A stretch of 52,498 bases of DNA. It comes from Hyperthermus sp. (GTDB lineage Archaea; Thermoproteota; Thermoprotei_A; Sulfolobales; Pyrodictiaceae). The notes under the pieces were generated by a model that did not search any database, was not told where the DNA came from, and saw nothing but the letters and a program-made list of their open reading frames with translations. Where the stretch lies: NCBI GenBank assembly GCA_003978665.1, contig QNYQ01000027.1, positions 1 through 52,498 on the forward strand, read 5' to 3'. Position 1 is the first letter of the stretch. Every line of letters starts with the position of its first letter. Positions 8,554 through 16,358 of the stretch are shown piece by piece. The position numbers were made by a program, and so were the translations under genes.

Positions 8554-8964
8554 ATGGCTCTTCTATGGCCAGTACCACTTCCACCTTCCTGCCGTCGGGC
8601 GTGGAGCCCTGTCCCCGCGGGAGTGGAGGAGCGTGCTCTGCGTGGCTCCATTATAGTTGTGGCTCGCGTAGGGGACGAATACCCTATAAGCCAGTATGCC
8701 GCCTATACATGGCGAGGGATTAGCGTGGAGGACGTTGTACTCGAGTACAGTATGGTAGAGGAGCTGGCCCGGTCGAGGCGGCGTGAGGCGGTGGAGCTTT
8801 CGCTGCTCCTACGCGAGGCCGATAAGCTGGGGGGTGGCCGTAGAAGCCTCCGCGACGCCCTCCGTCTCGCCGAGATAGCGGTGGAGGCCTCTCGATCCAT
8901 GCTGGAGGTGGTCGAGTGGGATAGGGCTTGGGGGAGGAGGAGGGTGCTGAGGCTGAGGCAGTAG
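8554..8964 (+). CDS. hypothetical protein (136 aa), possibly the N-terminal part or partner of the downstream nucleotidyltransferase-fold gene
   Basis: ORF track. The last ~12 aa (GRRRVLRLRQ) overlap the next ORF out of frame, across a G/A-rich run. Confidence 0.35.
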   Translation: MALLWPVPLPPSCRRAWSPVPAGVEERALRGSIIVVARVGDEYPISQYAAYTWRGISVEDVVLEYSMVEELARSRRREAVELSLLLREADKLGGGRRSLRDALRLAEIAVEASRSMLEVVEWDRAWGRRRVLRLRQ

Positions 8965-9593
8965 CTCTCCGCCTCTACCGCGAGCTCGTGGAGGCCCTGC
9001 TGCCTAGGCTGCGGGGGGTGAGGGATGAGACCAGGAGACTCCTCCTACTCCTGGCGTGGCTCAATACCAGGCTGGAGGAGCCAGGCCTAGGCCGCATCAT
9101 AGTAACGGGCGGGTTCGCTGTAGAGGTCTACACCGGCAGAGTCTACCGTGCAATGTATGTCGATGTTATCGTGGAGGGTCATGAAGCACTTAAAGTTATC
9201 GAGAAGCTACTGAGCATGGTCTCAGAGCCTATCGGGCGAGGCTACCTGCCACGCGAGGAAGCCCTCTCCCTCAAGTCCATAGACATAGTCTCAACCTTCT
9301 ACGGCCGCAGAGCAACCCCCGTTAAGATCCTCGTAGACAACTACCACGTGTACATGGAGCCCCCGGAGGAGCTGGTTATACGCTACCTCGCAGACTGGAA
9401 GTTCCGGGAGTCGAGAGAGGACCGGGACAAAGCCCTCTGGGTCTACATAGTATGGCGGGACCACATGGACACAGACTACCTATGGAAGCGGGCAAGAGAG
9501 GAGGATGTCGAGGACAAGCTCCGGGAGCTAGCATCGTTCATAGAGAACAACAAGCCCACCGTAGCCCCACCCCATGAAACCAGCAGACAATAA
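8928..9593 (+). CDS. nucleotidyltransferase-fold protein (AbiEii/DUF6036-like), catalytic motif apparently degenerate
   Basis: IIVTGGFAVEVYTGRVYRAMYVDVIV resembles GG-x-A...R-x-T-x-D-x-D, with T-x-D replaced by M-Y-V. The C-terminal helical PEELVIRYLADWKFRESREDRDKALWV is typical of this fold family. Confidence 0.5.
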   Translation: MGEEEGAEAEAVALRLYRELVEALLPRLRGVRDETRRLLLLLAWLNTRLEEPGLGRIIVTGGFAVEVYTGRVYRAMYVDVIVEGHEALKVIEKLLSMVSEPIGRGYLPREEALSLKSIDIVSTFYGRRATPVKILVDNYHVYMEPPEELVIRYLADWKFRESREDRDKALWVYIVWRDHMDTDYLWKRAREEDVEDKLRELASFIENNKPTVAPPHETSRQ

Positions 9594-9658
9594 TAGCCCA
9601 GCCCCTACAATTGGGGCACCACCCTACTTTTGCTCTTGTAGTGGGGGAAGGCGATTCC

Positions 9659-9684
9659 TTTTTGTCCCCCGTCCTCTAGACGGG
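9659..9684 (+). terminator. T5 run plus 6-bp hairpin downstream of 8928..9593
   Basis: TTTTT at 9659-9663, followed by cccgtc-ctcta-gacggg at 9668-9684. Confidence 0.35.
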
Positions 9685-9963
9685 CTGCAACAGCTGCGAG
9701 GCTTCTATGGCGCATATCCTGCCCCATACATACAGCGTTTATCTGGGATTCTGCTCCTCACCATGTTTAAGTAATCGGGTGTGAGCAAAAATAATGCATG
9801 TGGCATTTAATTCCATGAATACTGGTCCCCCTTTATCTTGCAGAGCCAAGGTTACGGGGGATACGCGGCTTCGGGCTCTAGGCTAATGGCAAGGCTACGA
9901 TGGGAGAACACAGTGCAACTCCTGGCGTGACCCCCGATTAGTTGGTGTGGTGAATGTGAGGAG

Positions 9964-10377
9964 CTATGAGATCTGGCTGGCCTCTTTCCACGTGGAGTTT
10001 TGTGGGGGGAGGGGTGGTAGGGGGAGTAGGCCTCCGCTGTTTGCAGCTCTAAGGGCTAGTATATAGTCTAGCATTGCCTCGGGCTTCACGGCCACGCTTG
10101 GAATGTATACTTCTTCTTCGTCGAGCTTTGCGAAGGGCTCGAACCCGTCAAAGTCTATTGCCGGCACCCTCACCTCCTCGTAGAGGATGCTGATCCCCAT
10201 GTCCCTCAGCATGTCTGCGAGTAGCTTAGCGTTCCTCTCCAAGCCCGTGCTCGCTGGCCCGTATCCCAGGAAGACGGTTAGCCTCCAGTGCAAACCTTCT
10301 CCCCAGGCCTGGGCTTGTGTCCTCCTGCCCGCCCTCCAAACGCTTGCAGCCCCAATAATATGCGGGAGGGCTTGCAC
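9964..10377 (-). CDS. hypothetical protein (137 aa or shorter); weak paralog of 37004..37465
   Basis: ORF track. Shares NA[KR]xxAxx[ML]LRxxxG[IV] and [KS]P[EQ]x[MI][LV]xxxLxL segments plus a Pro-rich tail with the 153-aa ORF. Confidence 0.4.
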   Translation of the reverse strand: MQALPHIIGAASVWRAGRRTQAQAWGEGLHWRLTVFLGYGPASTGLERNAKLLADMLRDMGISILYEEVRVPAIDFDGFEPFAKLDEEEVYIPSVAVKPEAMLDYILALRAANSGGLLPLPPLPPQNSTWKEASQIS

Positions 10378-10507
10378 CCCGGGGAGAGGATTCTGGGCAG
10401 GAGGGTACGTAAACCGTATAGTAGCTTGGCGTTAGCCTACCACACTCCCCGGGCAACCATTCCCTCAAGGGGGAGGATCTACTATAGCCCGGCTGGTGGT
10501 GGGATCC

Positions 10508-10822
10508 ATGTCTGGCTCCCGCATCTCGGCTGAGGAGCTGGATAAGATTCTTACCCAGGTGGAGGACAAGGAGCGTAGGGATCCTAAGAGGCGCTGGATA
10601 AACCGTATGATGAGGAGCGCCAAGCAGTACCATAAGATGTGCCCCTACTATGATAAGAGGACGGGGAAGTGCTTCCTAAAGCTTGGAGAGAAGTGTGAGC
10701 GTGACGGCAGGTTTGATGGATGCCCCGTGTTCATTGAGTGGCTTTCAAGCAAGTATGACGAGTTGAAGTCGAAGGGTAGGCAGCTGCCCATGGACTTTCT
10801 CGACCTGACCCTCGCCGTCTAG
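10508..10822 (+). CDS. small Cys4 protein (CPYY-x6-C-x7-C-x8-CPVF module)
   Basis: ORF track (opens at GTG 10496). ATG 10508 is about 25 nt after the TATA-like ACTATAG at 10480-10486. Four cysteines spaced x9, x7 and x8. Confidence 0.5.
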   Translation: MSGSRISAEELDKILTQVEDKERRDPKRRWINRMMRSAKQYHKMCPYYDKRTGKCFLKLGEKCERDGRFDGCPVFIEWLSSKYDELKSKGRQLPMDFLDLTLAV

Positions 10823-11214
10823 CCCTGGGCTGGGTAGGCTAGGGACAGTGCTAGGAGGCTGAGGGCTGCCACGGCAACGGCCAGCTTAACCCTTGTTTTT
10901 GAATCACTATCCTCCACTATAGCGTTTGGAAGCGTTAGTAGGCCGGCAGCCTTAACTATGAACGAGCCAGTAGCTATCATTAGCACGTTGAGCAGGTATG
11001 GGGAGTAGAGTATCAAGAGCCTATGGAGCCAGTCATCCACCCTGCCCTCCACTTTAACGGCGAGGGAGGGGAGGAAGCCGTCACGCATCACGGATAGCCT
11101 GGCCTCATAGCCTAGCATGCGGGACGCGAGATAATGTATGAGCTCGTGGAGCAACGCATACCATGACATAACCAGGAATACTTCGAGGATAGGGTAGGAG
11201 CCTGGCGGCTTCAT
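10819..11214 (-). CDS. membrane protein with HExxH motif (putative zincin-like peptidase, DUF3267-like)
   Basis: HELIHYLASRMLG lies in a protein with 3-4 hydrophobic helices. TATA at 11251-11258. Confidence 0.6.
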   Translation of the reverse strand: MKPPGSYPILEVFLVMSWYALLHELIHYLASRMLGYEARLSVMRDGFLPSLAVKVEGRVDDWLHRLLILYSPYLLNVLMIATGSFIVKAAGLLTLPNAIVEDSDSKTRVKLAVAVAALSLLALSLAYPAQG

Positions 11215-11250
11215 CCCCCTCCCCGGGAGGGAGGGGGTGCATGGCTATGG

Positions 11251-11258
11251 ATATTTAA
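11251..11258 (-). promoter_or_regulatory. TATA-box candidate (TTAAATAT) for 10819..11214
   Basis: 37-44 nt upstream of the ATG. The intervening leader contains a 9-bp G/C hairpin at 11215-11237. Confidence 0.4.
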
Positions 11259-11484
11259 CATGTAAGACGATATTTTCGAGGATGCCGCAGCAGCCAGCAC
11301 AAGCGCCAGCTACCCGAAACAACACTTTACCCGGCCAAGCATGCTCGAAACTATCGCTGGTGAAGCCTGCGGGACTACAAGAAGCTGGTTGGATACAGTG
11401 GGCCGCGGAGGAGGCGGTTTTCAATAAAAAAGATTTTGGAGGGCTCGCCTGGCTGGATGGATTCCCCTCTTCGATCCTCGATTG

Positions 11485-11874
11485 TTAAGCGTAGAGTGCG
11501 TGGTAGCGTCCTTCCTCATCCCCCTCTACAATGCCCTCCTCTACAAGCTTGTTAAGCGCGTATCTAATCTTATCTTCACTGGCCAGTCCCGAGAGGATTT
11601 CATGGAGCTCGCGCACTGTCATGGGCTTATCCCTGAGAAGATTGAGTATGATTTCTCGCAGCTGGTCCTCGTTGGGTGCTACCACGACGACGACTTCGTC
11701 GTCCTCGTATAGCTTCTTCAATACTATGTCCTTACTGTATATGAACACTTCCTCTCCCGCCTCTAGGGTTCTTGCCTCGAACGACATGGCTTCCTCTCCC
11801 CCGGGTAAGATGGGCTTGCTTCCATGCCTCCGGCGGCTGAGGGCTCGGTCTAAGTTTTTCTCTTCCTCAGCCAC
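11485..11874 (-). CDS. winged-helix DNA-binding protein (129 aa)
   Basis: The C-terminal KPMTVRELHEILSGLASEDKIRYALNKLVEEGIVEGDEEGRY is a typical wHTH. GTG start. Confidence 0.55.
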   Translation of the reverse strand: MAEEEKNLDRALSRRRHGSKPILPGGEEAMSFEARTLEAGEEVFIYSKDIVLKKLYEDDEVVVVVAPNEDQLREIILNLLRDKPMTVRELHEILSGLASEDKIRYALNKLVEEGIVEGDEEGRYHALYA

Positions 11875-11957
11875 TGAAACTTATAGTTGTCGTGTGGTAT
11901 TATTTTGGAGTAGGGGTTCACATGCTGCCAAGACACATGCAGTGATTATTTCTCCGG

Positions 11958-12395
11958 GTGGCTCCTCTAGTGTATGCGGTTGATGATGCAGGTGAAATAC
12001 ACGGATTACTTGAGTCTGCACGCGAAAGGCTTGCTCTGCTCAGGCTTTGCGGTATTCTTGACGTGCTTGTGGAGGATAGTTCAAGGCTTGTGTCAAGGTA
12101 TAGTGCGTACTTGTCGAGTATTGGCGCGAGAGGGTTTAGTGGCGAGGCTGAGCGTGTAAGGAGGGTTCTTGAGGGCATAGAGCTCGTGAACACTATAGCT
12201 GTCAGGGCTAGGTCTAGGCTCTGTAGCGGCAGGCCCGGCTTAAGCGCTGTATACGACGTGTTGTCTATGTTCGAGAAACACTACCCCAGGCTCATGACAG
12301 GCTCCCTACTAGTGCCGGCCAGCCTGAGACAAGCATACTACGAGGCCTTCTCCCTGCTGAGAAGCCTAACAGCCACCAGCCCTCTCATAGACTAG
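11958..12395 (+). CDS. hypothetical protein (145 aa)
   Basis: ORF track with coding-like composition. Divergent from the wHTH gene, with AT-rich boxes between them. Confidence 0.4.
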   Translation: MAPLVYAVDDAGEIHGLLESARERLALLRLCGILDVLVEDSSRLVSRYSAYLSSIGARGFSGEAERVRRVLEGIELVNTIAVRARSRLCSGRPGLSAVYDVLSMFEKHYPRLMTGSLLVPASLRQAYYEAFSLLRSLTATSPLID

Positions 12396-12679
12396 GCTCT
12401 ACACGCCCCCCTCTCCCCCGGGGTTGGCCTGGGGCTTCTCGGGGCTGGTGGGGAGAAGGGCTCTAGCGGCCTAAAGCCTCGTCATCCTGGTTCAGCAGAG
12501 GCCTTGAGCCTCTTCACAGCCGCTGGGAGAGAGTGGTCTCCTCCACTTCCAGGTGGTTGGAGAGAAGCTTTAAGCTCGCTTACCGTACCCTGCCCTTCAC
12601 TGTTAGAGGGGGTTGGGGGTTTTTGTGGTGCACTGCTAGAGCCTCCTGCTACACGGCGTGGTAGAGGGGAAGGAGGGGG

Positions 12680-13042
12680 GTGTTGAGGGTAACTAGCGCC
12701 ATCCAGGCAGCTCTCCGTACTGCGCGTGTTCCGGGCAATGTTGCAGCTAAGGTTATGAACATAGTTGATTCTGCCTTGGGGGAGCATGGTGTTAGGGATG
12801 ACTCGGAGCTATTGTCCCTGCCCGACTGGAATGTATGGATGATCGTGATCAAGTCTATACTCTCTCCTTCAACGAAGCTGCTGCGGCAGGAGGGTTATTG
12901 TCATGCCAACGCAGCCCTCATAGGCTCGTTAATAGTGCTTGATGAGAGGCTTGCCCAGATGATTAGGGAGTGGGTGAAGGCGCGCTGCGGGGCAGGCCTT
13001 GACCCCTGCTGTAGAAACCCTCAATGCTGTAACATAGCTTAG
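12680..13042 (+). CDS. hypothetical protein (120 aa) with C-terminal C-x6-CC-x4-CC tail
   Basis: ORF track. Ends RCGAGLDPCCRNPQCCNIA. First of three same-strand ORFs. Confidence 0.4.
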   Translation: MLRVTSAIQAALRTARVPGNVAAKVMNIVDSALGEHGVRDDSELLSLPDWNVWMIVIKSILSPSTKLLRQEGYCHANAALIGSLIVLDERLAQMIREWVKARCGAGLDPCCRNPQCCNIA

Positions 13043-13065
13043 CCTGTGCCGCGGGGCGCCGTGCC

Positions 13066-13440
13066 ATGGTGCTGGAGGGCCTCAACGACTATGTTAGGCT
13101 TGTTGAGCTCTCACTGCGCCTAATAGCTGTCGGGGCGGGCTTAGAGAAGGCTGTCGCACACGCGCTCATCCACATGCTGCGCGAGAAAGGGCTCAGCCTA
13201 GATGATGCTGTACGCAGCATCGGGCTCACAGCCGGTGATGTGGACGAGTCACTACTCACCTACCTGGAGCTCGCAGGAGATGAAACCTCCACTTCGCTCT
13301 ATGCTTCAAGCCCCTACGCTGATATTGTACTACAGGAGAACAAGAGGCTCCTCGAGACCCTGAGCAAGCTTACTAGGAGGGATGAATGCCTATCCCTTGT
13401 GGCCCGAATAGCCGGTATCATGGAGGGTGCTGGGCGATAG
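13066..13440 (+). CDS. hypothetical helical protein (124 aa)
   Basis: ORF track. Overlaps the next ORF by 14 nt. Confidence 0.45.
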   Translation: MVLEGLNDYVRLVELSLRLIAVGAGLEKAVAHALIHMLREKGLSLDDAVRSIGLTAGDVDESLLTYLELAGDETSTSLYASSPYADIVLQENKRLLETLSKLTRRDECLSLVARIAGIMEGAGR

Positions 13441-13879
13441 GGGCTTAAGGGTTGATGGAGCAATGCCGTGTCCATGGTATCGTAACGGCCTCTGTACCTC
13501 TCCTAGACTGCGCAGGCCCACGGCGAGCGTCACGAACCCGTCAAGATGCCTTGGCGGCGAGTCGGAGTACAAGTCGTGCAGGCTCTACACTGAGCCGGCA
13601 AACGCCTCTTCTTCAGCATCAAAGTCCATAGCGTCTCCTAGGCCGGCGTTGATAGAGCAGCTGAAACCCTACAATCTCATCCACCTAGTTGAGAGGAAGC
13701 CTCAGGCAGGCTGCCCCTACATGAAGATCCACAACTATAGTGGAGGCTACCTCGCCGAATGCCTAGTGCTCGGAAGACTCCTAACGAGGAGCGAGGTAAA
13801 ACTCTGCGAGCAGGGCTGGAGCAGCTGCCCCTTCTACCGCTACGCTGTACAGCACCCGGAGTCCTTCCATAAACGCTAA
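13427..13879 (+). CDS. Cys-rich protein with two CP[WY][YM]...C...C...C[PR][FL]Y modules
   Basis: Module 1 is C15-x7-C23-x17-C41-x9-C51. Module 2 is C96-x15-C112-x14-C127-x6-C134. The alternative ATG at 13463 gives MPCPWY. Confidence 0.5.
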   Translation: MLGDRGLRVDGAMPCPWYRNGLCTSPRLRRPTASVTNPSRCLGGESEYKSCRLYTEPANASSSASKSIASPRPALIEQLKPYNLIHLVERKPQAGCPYMKIHNYSGGYLAECLVLGRLLTRSEVKLCEQGWSSCPFYRYAVQHPESFHKR

Positions 13880-13915
13880 AACACCAGGGACAGTCCCCCT
13901 TCAGCGTAGCTATCA

Positions 13916-14569
13916 CTATGCCAGGGAGGCTAAGCTCCTAACGAACCTAGACACGTCATCCCTGCTGGAAAACCTCCTCTCCCCGGAAACCCTGAAGCTT
14001 ACGTGAAAGCCCTCCTGCCCGCGCTCAACCTCCACAGTGAAGTTGTCTCCGCGCCTTATGGTCACCCGCTCTCCCTCCCTCGCCACCATAAACCCCCTCT
14101 CCCTCAACATGTCCAGGAGCTCTTCGAGCCCCAGCGCCCTAGCCCCCTGAGCTTCCACCGTTTCCCCCTCAAGCTCCTCAAGCCTCTTCTTGACCGCTCT
14201 CACCACCTCGTCCAGGTCCATGTACGCCTTCAAAGTCTCGTCAAGTATCCTCTTCATAACCTCCCTCCCCTTCCCCGTCTTCTCCGCCTTCACGTAGAGG
14301 AGGAGCTGGTCAAAGTCGCTGCTGTTAAGGTACTCCGCCAGCCTCCTAACATTCCCTCCGAAGGCATGGAACTTGTACTTGTCCTCAGCCTTCCCAACCT
14401 GCTGCCTAATCTCGTCGATAAGCTGTCTCGGAGCACCAGAACTGGCCAGCACCCTGTTCACTATGTGACGGAGAAAATCCTTTCTCTGCACCCTCAGCCA
14501 CCCCGGGCTGAACACTCGCTCCAAGAAAGATTGCAGTGTTAGGGCTGGGAGCCGAGAGATTAACCTCAC
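13916..14569 (-). CDS. hypothetical protein (217 aa)
   Basis: ORF track with clean coding composition. No recognisable motif. Confidence 0.5.
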   Translation of the reverse strand: MRLISRLPALTLQSFLERVFSPGWLRVQRKDFLRHIVNRVLASSGAPRQLIDEIRQQVGKAEDKYKFHAFGGNVRRLAEYLNSSDFDQLLLYVKAEKTGKGREVMKRILDETLKAYMDLDEVVRAVKKRLEELEGETVEAQGARALGLEELLDMLRERGFMVAREGERVTIRRGDNFTVEVERGQEGFHVSFRVSGERRFSSRDDVSRFVRSLASLA

Positions 14570-14666
14570 GCTGAAAACCCTGGGGAGAGGCTCTGGAAGC
14601 CCTCTGGATGAGCCCTATATGGTATGGGTAAGAAGTCGTGGGAGTCTTGTCCGGGCTTGTCTTACG

Positions 14667-15212
14667 TCACCCCTTCTTATAGCCTATCTTGCGTAGAAAC
14701 TCTATCCTCTCTCTAGCATCGTCTTCGGCTTCGACGCCTAGGGGTGTGTAGCCGTCAACAACACCTATCACCCCCCTCCCCTGGCCCGTTTCAGCGACGA
14801 GTACTTGAAGAGGGTTTGCCGTTGCAGCGTAGATCCTCACTACTTCTTGTACGTTCTTGATCGCGTTGAGCACGTTTATCGGCCAGGCATTCCTAATGTA
14901 TATTATGAAGGTGTGGCCTGCCGCTATCCTCTTAGCAGCCTCTATAGCAGCCTTCCTCAACTCCTCATCGTTGCCCTCATGCCTTATCAGCCTCTTCTGG
15001 CTCGCCTCGCAGAAGGCTAGCCCAAACTTTATCCCGGGAGCGCTGGTGACAAGAGCCTCGTAGAGGTCCTCGACCGTTTTAATAAAGTGTGCATGGCCCA
15101 CTATTACGTTCGCTCCCTCGGGTATAGGTATATCTACCACCTCGATCCTCAGGCCACCCGGCAAGGCCAAGCCACCACTCTTTCGCGGGGAAAGGGGCTG
15201 TGAAGAGTACAA
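14667..15212 (-). CDS. adenosine-specific kinase family protein (PF04008-like)
   Basis: [19 protein letters not shown]...[12 protein letters not shown]...[25 protein letters not shown]...[13 protein letters not shown] matches my memory of this conserved archaeal family. Confidence 0.75.
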   Translation of the reverse strand: MYSSQPLSPRKSGGLALPGGLRIEVVDIPIPEGANVIVGHAHFIKTVEDLYEALVTSAPGIKFGLAFCEASQKRLIRHEGNDEELRKAAIEAAKRIAAGHTFIIYIRNAWPINVLNAIKNVQEVVRIYAATANPLQVLVAETGQGRGVIGVVDGYTPLGVEAEDDARERIEFLRKIGYKKG

Positions 15213-15356
15213 CCCGGCCTGAAGCCTTAGGAGGAGGCTTGAGGGTGAGGAATCCTAGTCCAGCTGAGCCCCCGTGCCTCTAGGGTATTACTGAGGCTTA
15301 GGCTTTGACTCTTACTCCCGTCCTCTCTCAAACCCTCTAGCATTGGGTGTTCTTGC

Positions 15357-15860
15357 TTGAGCGTATCCGAAGGCTTCGAGGCCTACTCCTCGCCTCTAGG
15401 CTCCTCGGGGGATGGTGACGGGGCAATAGCCGGTATAGACATGGCGGTCTTCTACGCGTCTGTAGCTTCAGCCCTCCGCTCCCTGGGCTTCGATAACAGC
15501 GAGGTCATGGAGAGGTACTATGACGCCGTATGCTCCCTCGGCGAATTCCTCGCGCCGGCAGTGGCCCGGGAACTGGCATATTATTCTTCGCTCAAGGAGC
15601 GCGACGGCACAGCTATCGTTGACCTGCTCGGAGAGGACTACTTTAGGTCGATACTCTCCTTCATAGTTCACGGCAGCTGCAGGGAAGTAGACCCCTGGGA
15701 GGTGCTGGCCGACATAGCGGCTGCAGTGGGGCTTAGGAGGGAGGCGTGGGAAGCGATTGCCGAGGCAGTGGCGGGGAGGGATTGCGAGACAATACGCTAC
15801 GCTATGTGGCTTATCCTAGCCACGCCGCCTAATGCTCCAGGGGAGACGGGCCATGCTTAA
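15357..15860 (+). CDS. hypothetical protein (167 aa)
   Basis: ORF track. TTG start. Overlaps the next ORF by 29 nt. Confidence 0.4.
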   Translation: MSVSEGFEAYSSPLGSSGDGDGAIAGIDMAVFYASVASALRSLGFDNSEVMERYYDAVCSLGEFLAPAVARELAYYSSLKERDGTAIVDLLGEDYFRSILSFIVHGSCREVDPWEVLADIAAAVGLRREAWEAIAEAVAGRDCETIRYAMWLILATPPNAPGETGHA

Positions 15861-16230
15861 GGAGAAGCCTAGACTGGACATGCTCGTGTCAGCAATAGCC
15901 GAGGCCTCTATACGTAAAGCGGCTGGGCTAAACTATCAGCTGACAAGGCTAACACCAACACTGCAGGACACCGCGAGAAAACTTGTAGAGGAGATATCTT
16001 CCAGCCTAGCGATAAACCACGACAGCATCATACGCTGCAAGCTATGCGGCCGAGGCCCCTTCACGAGGAAGGGCTACTACCTTCACGCAAAAAGAGTACA
16101 CATGGACACCATAAAACTGATCGTCCACCAGAAGCTAAGCAGGGAGCTATGGCTCCGCGTGGAAGAGGAAAGAAGCCGGCCACAGGCCTCGGAGAAAGCG
16201 GCTGGAAACAACGGCGAAGCGGCGACGTAG
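15832..16230 (+). CDS. C2H2 zinc-finger protein (132 aa)
   Basis: CKLCGRGPFTRKGYYLHAKRVH fits C-x2-C-x12-H-x4-H exactly. Basic C-terminal tail. Confidence 0.5.
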   Translation: MLQGRRAMLKEKPRLDMLVSAIAEASIRKAAGLNYQLTRLTPTLQDTARKLVEEISSSLAINHDSIIRCKLCGRGPFTRKGYYLHAKRVHMDTIKLIVHQKLSRELWLRVEEERSRPQASEKAAGNNGEAAT

Positions 16231-16358
16231 ATGGAGCAAGGCCCCACAGACCCTGGACTCCTGGGAGGGGGAAAGAGGGGTCTGAAGGGGTGGAGCACGC
16301 TCATAGTTCTAGTATAGCTCAAGCAGTCTAGCAAAGGCATCGCTACTGGAGTCTTTCT

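Noticed and set aside
15245-15294. Second C/D-box-like arrangement (GUGAGGA, 12 nt, CUGA ... 12 nt, CUGA) in the divergent spacer 15213-15356
   Set aside because: The C box is imperfect and the C' box (CCGUGCC) is essentially absent. There is no terminal stem, one guide is AT-rich, and the region must also hold two divergent promoters.
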